The notes beneath the pieces were generated by a model. It had not been told where the DNA came from. It searched no databases and saw nothing but the letters and a program-made list of their open reading frames with translations. Positions 18,905-27,877 of a stretch of 64,000 nucleotides of DNA are shown here, piece by piece. The stretch's first letter is position 1. Each line of letters opens with the position of its first letter. Made by a program: the position numbers and the translations under genes. Source of the DNA: a virus; IMG/VR virus record IMGVR_UViG_3300037510_000657, positions 15,013 to 79,012 of that record, one strand, 5' to 3'.

Positions 18905-19142
18905 GCTTCTCTTCCCTGTTCCATCGGCGCCACCCGACGATGTTGATGTAGAAGAAGGCGATGTGGTTGATGAAGAGGGGCCAGGCGAACGCGAAGAAGG
19001 AGTAGATAATCCAGGCCACGTTGGCGACCAGCCGGATCATCCACCCCACCTTGCTCTTCGTGGTGAGCTTCATGTTGCCCCACACGTTGAGCACGAACGC
19101 GCCCCAGCCGAGGACTTCGGCGGCCAGGCGTATGGGCGTCAC
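18834..19142 (-). CDS. PnuC/PQ-loop-like 3-TM membrane protein
   Basis: GTG 19142 overlaps upstream stop; GWMIRLVANVAWIIY...FYINIVGWRRW. Confidence 0.5.
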   Translation of the reverse strand: MTPIRLAAEVLGWGAFVLNVWGNMKLTTKSKVGWMIRLVANVAWIIYSFFAFAWPLFINHIAFFYINIVGWRRWNREEKHAQSQPHRTESPGPLAEKTEAPG

Positions 19143-20284
19143 AGAGTAGACGCCAGCGTCTTGCCGGTGACCTGCCAGTACCGATTGTGGAGGTAGGCGT
19201 ACTTCTCCGACCAGTCGAGGTGCTGCATCTTCTCCCACAGCTCCTCCTTGATGGAGTTGGGATAGCAGCCGGTGTAGCTGGCGATGGCCCCGACGACCCT
19301 TGCCACGAGGTGGATGTAGAACGTGAAGGCCAGCCCACGAGCGATGGGCTCCCAGGTACTCGCCTCCTCCACCTCGCGGAGGAAACGATCGTCCTGCATC
19401 GCCGCTGCCGCCATGGCGTCGGCCGCGGTGTAGGCGGCCAACATCCGTTTCTCGACGGTGCGAAAGTCCATCTCCGCGAACACGGGGACGGGTGCCTTCG
19501 ATTCCTTGTGGAGGGCATCCGAGAAGAGCACGGGCTTCTTGGGGCTGACCCATTCCTGGATGTCAGAGAACCTCACCGGCTTTGCCGCCATCCGTGGCTT
19601 GGGAGGATCGAACTCGGGGCCGAGGTAGCTCATCCGCCCGGTCTCGACGAGAGGTGTGCGCTTGCTCGTCTCGTTCGGCGTGGACCAGCGTCGAGGCGGA
19701 GGGAGAGCACTGAGAGCGTACTGCCAACCCTCCACCCTCTCGTTGATGGCCTGCTCTCGCTTGTACGCCTTCGCAGCGTCCCGGTCGTCCTCGAAGATGC
19801 CGCAGTCGTCACACCGCTCGACCATCTCGGTCTCGTGGTTGAGGAAGTAGCCGGGGCAGCCGGGAGAGCAGGACACCGGCTTCGAGAGCGAGGTGCGCTT
19901 GAACTGCTCGGCGCCCATGCCGCTCATGAACTCTGTCATGCCCGGCCACGCCTTCAGCCAGTCCTCCCTCAGCTTCGCGGCCTGCTCCACCGTGATCTTC
20001 AACGGCAGCATCGGCGAGGGGCCGCGTCGAGTCTCGGTGTCGAGCGCAGCCATGACCGCCACGTCACTGACCCCGTCCTTCGAGCGGTCGACTCCGACGA
20101 CGGTCTTCGGCCCGAACTCGTAGACCACCTCGTCGTGGAGGTTGAACTGACCCTTGAGCTCGATGTCCGGGTTCATCTTGAGAACGTTCTGCACGACCTC
20201 TTCCTCGTGCTCTCGTAGCTCTGCCATGAGCCGCTCGGCCGTCTTGGCATAGGCGTAGCGGTCCATGTTGCGGAAGTACTTCAT
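19139..20284 (-). CDS. Protein with scrambled family A DNA polymerase motif fragments
   Basis: LHDEVVYEF, WLKAWPGM, TGRMS, MDFRTVEKRMLA; ATGA coupling at 20284. Confidence 0.5.
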   Translation of the reverse strand: MKYFRNMDRYAYAKTAERLMAELREHEEEVVQNVLKMNPDIELKGQFNLHDEVVYEFGPKTVVGVDRSKDGVSDVAVMAALDTETRRGPSPMLPLKITVEQAAKLREDWLKAWPGMTEFMSGMGAEQFKRTSLSKPVSCSPGCPGYFLNHETEMVERCDDCGIFEDDRDAAKAYKREQAINERVEGWQYALSALPPPRRWSTPNETSKRTPLVETGRMSYLGPEFDPPKPRMAAKPVRFSDIQEWVSPKKPVLFSDALHKESKAPVPVFAEMDFRTVEKRMLAAYTAADAMAAAAMQDDRFLREVEEASTWEPIARGLAFTFYIHLVARVVGAIASYTGCYPNSIKEELWEKMQHLDWSEKYAYLHNRYWQVTGKTLASTL

Positions 20285-20532
20285 CTCCCGACGGAGAGCA
20301 AGCCCCGGCGAACCATACGACGGCGGACCGGTTTGTTCGCCACCAGATCGTTCGTCACCGCCCTCTGGTACACCATCTGCGCCAGTGTCTCGAGGTTGAT
20401 CTCGTACACCTTGTGCCGGCGATGGATCCGTACCTGCGCCAGGTTGTTGTCCCGATCGATGGTGATGGTCGCCTTCTGCACCTTGTTCGGTGCGTCGAAT
20501 CCCGCTTCCACTTCGAAGTGCGCCTTGGCCAT
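20281..20532 (-). CDS. Hypothetical protein
   Basis: SD GAGGAG; 83 aa. Confidence 0.55.
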   Translation of the reverse strand: MAKAHFEVEAGFDAPNKVQKATITIDRDNNLAQVRIHRRHKVYEINLETLAQMVYQRAVTNDLVANKPVRRRMVRRGLLSVGR

Positions 20533-20744
20533 TGTAGAACTCCTCTGCAGTCGTTGGGGTTGCCTGCCCGGCGAGGATGTGGGATCCCCCGCGCAGGCGG
20601 TACAGCTTGATGTCCTGGTGGGTGACGGGGATGGCCTTCACCACCTGCAGGTCACCATCGTAGGCGATGTCCTTCCAGACGCTGTGCTGCTTGTGGTAGC
20701 CAGCGGCCTTGAGAACCTCGGGGTTGACTCGGATGTAGACGAGC

Positions 20745-21002
20745 TCAGTCATCAGTCTCCTCCTCTTCGTCGGCTGTCTCATCGTCGTCGAAGGCGATGA
20801 GGTTCATGAGCAGGGCCTGCTCGGCACCGACGACGGTGCTCTGCTCGCAGTCCGGACAGTCGTAGCCTTCAGCGTCCGGTTCGGTGCACTCCCGCGTGAA
20901 GCTCTTGCAGGTGGTGCACCAGCCGGTGTACGACTCGGTGGCCTCGGCGTACTCGCTCTCTTTCACCACTGACGGACCGTGCTTCTCCTGAGTCGCTTCC
21001 AT
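20745..21002 (-). CDS. Small Zn-ribbon protein
   Basis: WCTTC...CPDC; SD AGGAG; first gene after motif at 21038. Confidence 0.6.
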   Translation of the reverse strand: MEATQEKHGPSVVKESEYAEATESYTGWCTTCKSFTRECTEPDAEGYDCPDCEQSTVVGAEQALLMNLIAFDDDETADEEEETDD

Positions 21003-21037
21003 GGTTTCTCCTAGCAAAGAGCGCTCTGGCTCATGGT

Positions 21038-21065
21038 CCTTATCACCTAAGAAAGCCTGCAGATG
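21038..21065 (-). promoter_or_regulatory. CAA-N16-GnnATAAGG motif copy
   Basis: CAT-N16-GTGATAAGG. Confidence 0.55.
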
Positions 21066-21079
21066 CAGGCCCGGGGCCG

Positions 21080-23170
21080 TTAGCCCCGTGTGAGGTACGT
21101 GGTGAAGTTCTCGATGACCAGCCTCGAGAGCGCGACGGCCAGCCCCTCCTCGCTGGTCCTTCGCCAGAAGCGCTTGGGCCCGAACATCTGAAGGCACTTG
21201 TCCTCGGGGATGGACTCCTCGCCGATGACCAAGGTGAAGACCTTGATGCCCGATGCACGAGCTCGTTGGATCTCCTTTGCCACGAACGCCCGCAGCATGG
21301 ATTCGGGGATGGTACCGCCCGAGGTCTTCTGCTGGTAGGGAGAACCGTCGGTGAGGAGGAAAAGGCACTTCGCCATGCCCGACGAGACGTAGGACCGCAG
21401 GTGTGTGGTGGCCACGTGGATGGCAGGTGCCATCGGAGTGAGACCGCCGCACTCCACCGGTACGTTGAGCGGGAGTCCGTTGAAGGGATTCCTCACGGTG
21501 CTCACGCCCTTGTGCCCGTTGCAGTCCTTGTCGTACCGGTAGATCCACACCTCGCCCGGGTCGGCCTTCCGAACGAAGTTGTTGCCCGTGACAGCGGTTG
21601 CACCGCGGAAGCCCCATTGGCTCCCCATGACGAAGGGGAAGTCGAGGGACTTCTTCAGCAGCTCCATGCCGTGGCAGACCTCGACGTACGCGGTGTCCAT
21701 CGAGCCCGACATGTCCGAGAGCACTGCGTAGGCGAACCCACGCTGAGTGTCCTCGGACTCGAAGACGTTCGGGTCGGCTCCGCCGCACAGGTACTGCACG
21801 AAGGCAGGCACGTCCACCACAGGACCTGTCGGTCCGCGCTTCGCCTTCCTGCGCCCGAGGGCCTTGAAGAACGAGGAACGCATGCGCTGCACTACCAGCA
21901 GCTCCTCGGGAGTGAGCTCGATAGCCGAGCCCTCGACGTCCTCTGGCTTCACGTCGATGAGGAGGGTCTTGGCCTTGGTGTCCGAGATCAGCATGGAGGC
22001 CATGCTCTTCTGGGAGATGCCGTCTCTCAGCTGATCGACAGCATCACGCACGTCCTGGTCCGGCGGTCCGGACAGAAGAGCGTCCACCTCTTGTGGGTCG
22101 AGCTTCTCGGGCTGGAGAGCTCGAGCCACCATGGCCCGTGCCACCTGAGCTCCGGGGCTCTTCATGTCGTCAGGCGATGGGTCCGCGTGCGTCTCGTTCT
22201 CGTCGAGCTCCTCGGCCCCTTGCACTAGCTTGTCGAGGCCCTTGACGTTGGGGGTGGTGTCCGGAGTGCGTAGCTGTGCCTCGAGTGGCCCGGGCGGAGA
22301 GGGGCCACCTGCTGATGGCGGGGGTGGCGGCTGTGGTTGCTCTTGCTGCTGTACGAGTGCTGCCAGGCACTGCTCGACCACTACCCGCAGGTCGAGCAGC
22401 ATGTTGGCGAAGCCGCGGTACTGCACCTTCTCCGTGCCCCACTTCACGATGGCCCGGAGCTGGTCCCACTTCGGGTCAGAGGGCAGGTCGAAGTGGGTCT
22501 GGAAGACGAAGGTGATGAAGTCGTTGCTGGTCTTCTCCTCGGTGAGCCGGCGCCACCGCTTCCAGATCTCATCGGAGGACCCGGGGTAGACCAGGCTCCA
22601 CAGGCTGTTGCACCTGATGTCGTCGAAGGCGTTGACGAGGATGGAGAGGAACTCGACGATCTTCTGCTCGTTCAGGTGGGGCGGGATGCGGTTGCTGATG
22701 AAGAGCATTCGAGCGAACTGCTCGCAGAAGATCTTCCGAGCCACCAGGTTGCTCTTGAAGATGATGTGCTGCCACTCGTGCTCGAAGCCCCGGTAGATCT
22801 GCTGAGCGCTACACAGCAGGCACGGCGCCGGGTTCACCCCGTTGACGACCGCTCCTGGCTTGCCTCTCCACTCGTGCCCACAGGCCAGGGAGTAGGTGTG
22901 CGTGGTCTCGGCGATGGGGGCGTCGATGATGCCCGTGATCACCTGCTCGAGCCGCTCGCCGAAGTTGACGAAGATCTTCTTCGCGCAGTCGGTGGCGTTG
23001 TTGGGGCCCTGCTCGATGCGGAAGTTCTTCTTGAAGAGGTTGTTGAAGATCTCGTTCGTCCGGTAGAACGGATCCTTGTCCAGGAGGGGGACTCCCGGGA
23101 TGGGGTGCTCGGTGTCCGTGTCGGGGCCGCCGGAGGTGAAGTGGCTACGGCTCCTCTTGCTTCTCGACAT
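21080..23170 (-). CDS. VWA (MIDAS) domain protein, partner of MoxR-type AAA+
   Basis: SDMSGSM, GLTP, LLTDGSP; SD GAGGAG before ATG 23170. Confidence 0.8.
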   Translation of the reverse strand: MSRSKRSRSHFTSGGPDTDTEHPIPGVPLLDKDPFYRTNEIFNNLFKKNFRIEQGPNNATDCAKKIFVNFGERLEQVITGIIDAPIAETTHTYSLACGHEWRGKPGAVVNGVNPAPCLLCSAQQIYRGFEHEWQHIIFKSNLVARKIFCEQFARMLFISNRIPPHLNEQKIVEFLSILVNAFDDIRCNSLWSLVYPGSSDEIWKRWRRLTEEKTSNDFITFVFQTHFDLPSDPKWDQLRAIVKWGTEKVQYRGFANMLLDLRVVVEQCLAALVQQQEQPQPPPPPSAGGPSPPGPLEAQLRTPDTTPNVKGLDKLVQGAEELDENETHADPSPDDMKSPGAQVARAMVARALQPEKLDPQEVDALLSGPPDQDVRDAVDQLRDGISQKSMASMLISDTKAKTLLIDVKPEDVEGSAIELTPEELLVVQRMRSSFFKALGRRKAKRGPTGPVVDVPAFVQYLCGGADPNVFESEDTQRGFAYAVLSDMSGSMDTAYVEVCHGMELLKKSLDFPFVMGSQWGFRGATAVTGNNFVRKADPGEVWIYRYDKDCNGHKGVSTVRNPFNGLPLNVPVECGGLTPMAPAIHVATTHLRSYVSSGMAKCLFLLTDGSPYQQKTSGGTIPESMLRAFVAKEIQRARASGIKVFTLVIGEESIPEDKCLQMFGPKRFWRRTSEEGLAVALSRLVIENFTTYLTRG

Positions 23171-23513
23171 GCTTCGTCTCCTCGTACAGGTGCAGCAGGC
23201 CAACTCCCGGCTTCTTGGCCAGGGCCATGCCGAGCCAGGTGAGCTGGTCACCCTCCATGCCGGCGCCGCTGGGCATGATGAAGAAGTGCCGCTCCTCCAG
23301 CTCCGCGGTCTCGTCCAGGCTGGCGTCCACCTCGACGATCATGGTGGGCACCTCCTCGAACAACCGCACGTTCTCCTGGCCAGGGATGGCGAGAGGGCTG
23401 GTGCGGTCGACGACGAGGAGTACGAAGCCCACCACCTTCGCTTCCTTGGGGAGGCGGGGGTGGAACTCCATCTTGCCAGAGGGGAAGTTGATTTCCAGGA
23501 TTCCGCGCTTCAT
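23145..23513 (-). CDS. Hypothetical protein
   Basis: ATGA coupling. Confidence 0.55.
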   Translation of the reverse strand: MKRGILEINFPSGKMEFHPRLPKEAKVVGFVLLVVDRTSPLAIPGQENVRLFEEVPTMIVEVDASLDETAELEERHFFIMPSGAGMEGDQLTWLGMALAKKPGVGLLHLYEETKHVEKQEEP

Positions 23514-23725
23514 GCCTTCTCCTTGAGGTACGTCTCGTGCAGCGTGCTGAAGTGGTCGTGCAGGGCTTCGGTGAAGTCCCAGTCGGCCTGCCTGTCGTCG
23601 ATGTCCTTGATGAGCTGCAGGAGGACGTCCTTGTCCATGTCCGCAACTGCCTCGAGCAAGCGCTCCCTGTCCATCTCGATGTGGAGGAACACGCTGCTGG
23701 TCTCTTCCTTGTTCTTCTGCTTCAT
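23510..23725 (-). CDS. Hypothetical acidic protein
   Basis: ATGA coupling. Confidence 0.55.
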   Translation of the reverse strand: MKQKNKEETSSVFLHIEMDRERLLEAVADMDKDVLLQLIKDIDDRQADWDFTEALHDHFSTLHETYLKEKA

Positions 23726-24711
23726 GTCGGCGTCCCCGTCGGGCCTCCCCAGAAGCTTCGCAGCTTCTTGTCGCCGAAGATGGAGTTCATCCGTCCCAGC
23801 ACGGTCTTACGGTCGGCTCCCTCGAACTTCAGTAGCACCAGCTGCAGCGCCGTGTCCATCCCGAGCTTGGCCACCGTGCGAATGAGGCGGTCGAGGTCTC
23901 GAGTGGAGAGCGCGTAGCCGGTGGCCTGCTGCCGAGTCTCCCTGGCGAAGCGGATGAGCAGGTCGAGCTGGGGGTCGGAGAGGCCAGGCCCAGGGATGCT
24001 CTTCAGGATGCGCTTCTCCTGCTCGTGCATCGGGTAGGTGACCTCGATCTCCTCGAAGCGGGACTTGAGGTCCTCGTTGAGGTCGTAGGTGCCGCCGTAC
24101 ACCGTCGGGTTCATCGTGCCGACCACCCAGATCTGAGCTCCGGGCTGGAGTCGATAGGTTCGGCCGATGTGCGGGATGGAGCACATCTTGCGGAAGTCGG
24201 TGACGGCGTTGAGCTGCTTCTGCACCTGCGGCGTGAGGGCGTTGATCTCCTCGAGCATCAGGATGCAGTAGCCGGTCTCGTTGGCGACGTCGATGGCGGT
24301 GGGGATGCAGCCGAGCGAGAAGACGGTCTCCTGCCCGATGATGAACTGGGAGCCCTGGAGGTCGTACTTCTTGGTGTCCTCCGAGCACTCCTGGATGACC
24401 AGCGGGATCTTGTTCATCGCTGCGTACGCGATGATGGAGAGGGACTTGCCGTCGCCCTTTGGTCCCTTCAGCAGAAGGTTCGACTCGAAGGCGATGCTGC
24501 GGTAGACGTTGTGGAGCTCGAAGATGTCCACGAACGCCGGCGGGTTCTGGACGTAGAGCTCTTCGGTGGGGCTGCGGGTGATGCGAACACGGACCTCGCT
24601 CTCCTCGGCGAAGTCGGGGCGAAGGAGCTCGTAGAGCACCTCACGTTGGTCGGCTGGTACCGTCTCGAGCCAGGTAGCCCATGCTGCCTGCGCCTGCTGG
24701 TTGTGACTCAT
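23722..24711 (-). CDS. MoxR/CbbQ/NirQ-type AAA+ ATPase
   Basis: Walker A GPKGDGKS; Walker B ILMLEEIN; GTMNP; SD GGAGG. Confidence 0.85.
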   Translation of the reverse strand: MSHNQQAQAAWATWLETVPADQREVLYELLRPDFAEESEVRVRITRSPTEELYVQNPPAFVDIFELHNVYRSIAFESNLLLKGPKGDGKSLSIIAYAAMNKIPLVIQECSEDTKKYDLQGSQFIIGQETVFSLGCIPTAIDVANETGYCILMLEEINALTPQVQKQLNAVTDFRKMCSIPHIGRTYRLQPGAQIWVVGTMNPTVYGGTYDLNEDLKSRFEEIEVTYPMHEQEKRILKSIPGPGLSDPQLDLLIRFARETRQQATGYALSTRDLDRLIRTVAKLGMDTALQLVLLKFEGADRKTVLGRMNSIFGDKKLRSFWGGPTGTPT

Positions 24712-24745
24712 TCGAACCTCCGGGGAAACCAAATGGCTTCGGCCG

Positions 24746-24773
24746 CCTTATCCCGGGAGACAAGGCGGCCTTT
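24746..24773 (-). promoter_or_regulatory. CAA-N16-GnnATAAGG motif copy
   Basis: AAA-N16-GGGATAAGG. Confidence 0.55.
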
Positions 24774-24800
24774 CACCGAAGGTAGCAGATGAGGCTGACG

Positions 24801-25265
24801 TCAGTGCTGGGGATTGTACGGCGGTGCCTGGGGCGTGCCGTACGGCGTGGCGGGCGTGAAGGACCGGATGGGGTAGGCCGGAGCCTTGCTCTCGGTCTGC
24901 TGCTCCTCCTCGTCGTGGAAGATGTCTCTCCTCATGTTCCCGACGAGCCTCACGTGCGCCTTGATCTCCTCGTCGATGCTGTGGAGCAGGTCGTTGTCGA
25001 TCTGGTCCGAGTCCACGAGCTGCTTGCGCACAGCAGAGATGGTGCTGAGGTTGCTGCGAAGAGTGAGGGCCTCCTCCAAGGCCGAACCGAGCGTCTCGGA
25101 CTTCTCCTGCTTCGGGTGCGGGGTGCTCTTCCGTGCCGCGGCCAACATCGCCTTGGTCTTCTCGAGCTCGTCCTTCAGCTTCCCCCTCTCGTTCATCGTC
25201 TGCTTCAGTTCGGCCTCGAGACGGTTGATCTTGGAGACCTTGCGATCGTACTTTCCACGCGGCAT
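24801..25265 (-). CDS. Coiled-coil hypothetical protein
   Basis: SD AGGAGG; MPRGKYDRK start. Confidence 0.6.
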   Translation of the reverse strand: MPRGKYDRKVSKINRLEAELKQTMNERGKLKDELEKTKAMLAAARKSTPHPKQEKSETLGSALEEALTLRSNLSTISAVRKQLVDSDQIDNDLLHSIDEEIKAHVRLVGNMRRDIFHDEEEQQTESKAPAYPIRSFTPATPYGTPQAPPYNPQH

Positions 25266-25465
25266 GTTGTCGTTCCTCCTGTCTTCTCTCCTCAGCAATC
25301 TTCTTGCCAGTGAGTTTCTCTGACCCGATCTTTCGACATCTCCCGTCGGTGATGAGCACTCGCGAACAGTGCAATGTTTCAGCCTCGTTGCAGGAATCTC
25401 GTGGCAACTCCGCACAGGTGTGCGCACGTGCTGTGCGCCTTCGCCACTGATCTGGTCGTCACACA

Positions 25466-25498
25466 GCTAAGGAAAGGGTGAGGAGACTCACCGCTTCC
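25466..25498 (-). terminator. Probable terminator hairpin with GCTAAG flank
   Basis: GGTGAG-GAGA-CTCACC stem downstream of the collagen gene. Confidence 0.5.
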
Positions 25499-25511
25499 AT
25501 TTGCTGAACTT

Positions 25512-26345
25512 CTACTGCAGCACGACCGTCCAGGGCTTCGAGTTTGCGACCGGGTTGTTGAACGACGTGAGCGTAGCGACGGTGAAGCCCGCAGTGACGG
25601 ACACGGCTAGACAGCCACCGTTGATGCCACGCTTCGACAGGGCGCTGTTCATAGAGGCGCCAGAGCCGTTCGCCTTGAAGAGCTGGTTGGGCGCACCGGG
25701 CGTCCAGTACAGCATGTTGTCGAAGAGCCTCGTGGGGTCGAGCTGCAGCATCGGGGTGCCGGTGCAACCAGAGCTCGAGAAGAAGACCTCGAGCACGGGC
25801 TCGGAGGGGATGAGCCAGCCTTCGGGGAAGGTGGCATCCGCGCTGTCGCGATGAGCGAGCACAGCAATGCGCGGAGTCACGCTCGAGCTCGGGTAGAGGA
25901 AGGGAACCAGGATGCCGATCTCCTGGCCGTCCATCCCGAGGGCCGTGGGGCTCTGGCCAGGCAGCCCGCGAGGGCCAGCAGGACCAACGGGGCCTACCGG
26001 CCCGGCGGCACCAGGAGCGCCGGTGTCACCCTTCAGACCCTGAGCGCCGGGAGTTCCAGGCATGCCCTGCGGGCCCTGTGCGCCGACAGCCCCAGGCGCA
26101 CCAGTGTCGCCCTTGGGGCCGGCAGCGCCGGTCTCACCCTTGTCGCCCTTGGCGCCGGCGGGTCCAGTGAGACCCCGCGGGCCCTGCTCACCCTGCGGAC
26201 CCTGAGGCCCGGCAGGTCCCTGCTCGCCAACGCAGGTCGACTCGGTGGCACACATCTGGCCCGTGCCAGTGTCGGCGCCGGGCGCCGCGTTCGAACCACA
26301 AGCAGTCACGACCACGAGAACCAGCGAGCTGAGAACGATGCGCAT
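25512..26345 (-). CDS. Collagen-like triple-helix repeat lipoprotein
   Basis: Signal peptide with lipobox VVTAC; long run of Gly-X-Y repeats. Confidence 0.8.
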   Translation of the reverse strand: MRIVLSSLVLVVVTACGSNAAPGADTGTGQMCATESTCVGEQGPAGPQGPQGEQGPRGLTGPAGAKGDKGETGAAGPKGDTGAPGAVGAQGPQGMPGTPGAQGLKGDTGAPGAAGPVGPVGPAGPRGLPGQSPTALGMDGQEIGILVPFLYPSSSVTPRIAVLAHRDSADATFPEGWLIPSEPVLEVFFSSSGCTGTPMLQLDPTRLFDNMLYWTPGAPNQLFKANGSGASMNSALSKRGINGGCLAVSVTAGFTVATLTSFNNPVANSKPWTVVLQ

Positions 26346-26376
26346 GTGAATCCCCCTATCGAGAGTTGGTGTGTTG

Positions 26377-26877
26377 TTACTGCATCCGCGGACGAAGCGA
26401 CTCGAGGAACAGAGCGATGGGCTCCACGCAAGCCTTGAGCCGGTGGTTGATGCCCGCATCCACTTCCCTGAGCTCGAGGAGAACGCCCATGTTGTCGTCT
26501 CCCTCGAGCTGCTCGAGCATGGCCGTCATGACTTCGGCCCGGTCACGGAGAAGGAACTTGGTGGGCTTCATCAGCTTCACCAGCATCTGCTCCTCGTCGA
26601 GCGTAGTGTGCACCCGCTTGCCGATGTACTGGCCCAGCTGGTCGTGGCACACCAGCGACAGCTTGGCGAGCTCCTTGCCGAGCTCGGAGCCGTCGTCCTT
26701 GTGGATGAGCAGGCCGCCTTCTTCCGAGGTGGCGCTCAGCGGGCCCTTGCCGTACTTGTAGCCCTTCTTGTGCAGCCAGTGCCTCGCTCCGAGGTGAGCA
26801 ACCGCTCCACCGACCGCACCGCTCGCCGTGCAGACAGAACCGACCAGAGCCCCAACCGCGATGATGATGGGAAGCAT
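26377..26877 (-). CDS. Hypothetical protein with N-terminal glycine-rich TM segment
   Basis: [13 protein letters not shown]; SD GGAGG. Confidence 0.55.
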   Translation of the reverse strand: MLPIIIAVGALVGSVCTASGAVGGAVAHLGARHWLHKKGYKYGKGPLSATSEEGGLLIHKDDGSELGKELAKLSLVCHDQLGQYIGKRVHTTLDEEQMLVKLMKPTKFLLRDRAEVMTAMLEQLEGDDNMGVLLELREVDAGINHRLKACVEPIALFLESLRPRMQ

Positions 26878-26927
26878 GTGACCCTCCATGAAAAAGCAGC
26901 GCAGGGAATCGTGTTCTCTGCTATGGG

Positions 26928-26955
26928 CCTTATGCCCGCTTTTTACCGCCTCTTG
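26928..26955 (-). promoter_or_regulatory. CAA-N16-GnnATAAGG motif copy
   Basis: CAA-N16-GGCATAAGG. Confidence 0.65.
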
Positions 26956-26981
26956 CGGTTTGGGAGCCCCCAGACTAGTCT
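26953..26981 (+). promoter_or_regulatory. Sigma70-like promoter (leaderless candidate)
   Basis: TTGCGG-N17-TAGTCT, 7 nt before GTG 26989. Confidence 0.4.
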
Positions 26982-26988
26982 CTTGGGT

Positions 26989-27291
26989 GTGGAAGAGGAA
27001 AACATCATCCTGACGGCTGATCAGCTCGCCAATCCGGACTTGGCCATGACAGCTGCGGTGGCTCTGGGTGCGATCGCGCTGGCCGCTATCAAGAACCATG
27101 GCTGCGTGACCTTCTTCGTGTCCCTCGAGGGGAAGGTCGAGTTCTGCCCGCCTTGGGAGTCGGCCCTGGACTCGGTAGAGTCGACCACCGCCCTCCGCAC
27201 CCTGCTCGACCGTGACTACACCGACGAGCAGCTCGAGAACTACCTGCGTGGCCGGGCTGCTCGCCTGCACGCTGCGGAGACCGCCAAGTGA
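26989..27291 (+). CDS. Hypothetical protein
   Basis: Start GTG 26989 or ATG 27046; coupled to next gene. Confidence 0.5.
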   Translation: MEEENIILTADQLANPDLAMTAAVALGAIALAAIKNHGCVTFFVSLEGKVEFCPPWESALDSVESTTALRTLLDRDYTDEQLENYLRGRAARLHAAETAK

Positions 27292-27530
27292 GTCTGATCT
27301 GCGATCGATCTCCCTGCGCTCCTCTCCTGAAGGCTCTCGGGGTGTGGATCTTCGGCTCCCCCGACAAGCCTGGGTTCCTCATCCTGGCAGCTACCGACAG
27401 CGTCGATGTCGAAGTGGCTATCGAGTACTGCCCCTTCTGCGGCACGCGGCTCGAAGACGTCCAGCGTGTTCTCATCGAGAAGTTCGTCCGGCCTCGCAAG
27501 AGACGGTCGAAGGCCAAGCCTGCAGCCTAA
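27288..27530 (+). CDS. Small Zn-finger protein
   Basis: C...C and YCPFCG motifs. Confidence 0.55.
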   Translation: MSLICDRSPCAPLLKALGVWIFGSPDKPGFLILAATDSVDVEVAIEYCPFCGTRLEDVQRVLIEKFVRPRKRRSKAKPAA

Positions 27531-27551
27531 GAGAAGCCGCAGGCGCTTCTC
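27527..27551 (-). terminator. Conserved hairpin family copy
   Basis: CTAAGAGAAGCCGCAGGCGCTTCTC at a convergent junction. Confidence 0.6.
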
Positions 27552-27557
27552 CCCGCC

Positions 27558-27866
27558 CTAGATGGCGGTGGGTATGTCGTTGAAGTCGGGGCGGGCCTTG
27601 AGGTAGCCGCCCTCCTGGATGAGACCCAGGTGCTGGAACCGGTCCACCATCTGGTCCTTGAACTGCTCGAGCCCGTTGGCGAACAGGTCGGAGTAGAGAA
27701 CGACCAGGTCGTCCATCTCCTGCAGCATGCCGCGGTTGAGGCCAGCACCCTCACGGATGCGCCACGCCCCGCCCTTGACCTTCTCGATGACGATGGTGAG
27801 GCCCTCGTCGAAGGCCACGGTGTGGGTCATGACGTTCCCGATTTTCTTACCGACGGAGCTGAACAT
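27558..27866 (-). CDS. Hypothetical protein
   Basis: SD GAGGAGG before MFSSVG. Confidence 0.55.
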   Translation of the reverse strand: MFSSVGKKIGNVMTHTVAFDEGLTIVIEKVKGGAWRIREGAGLNRGMLQEMDDLVVLYSDLFANGLEQFKDQMVDRFQHLGLIQEGGYLKARPDFNDIPTAI

Positions 27867-27877
27867 GGCGGCCTCCT

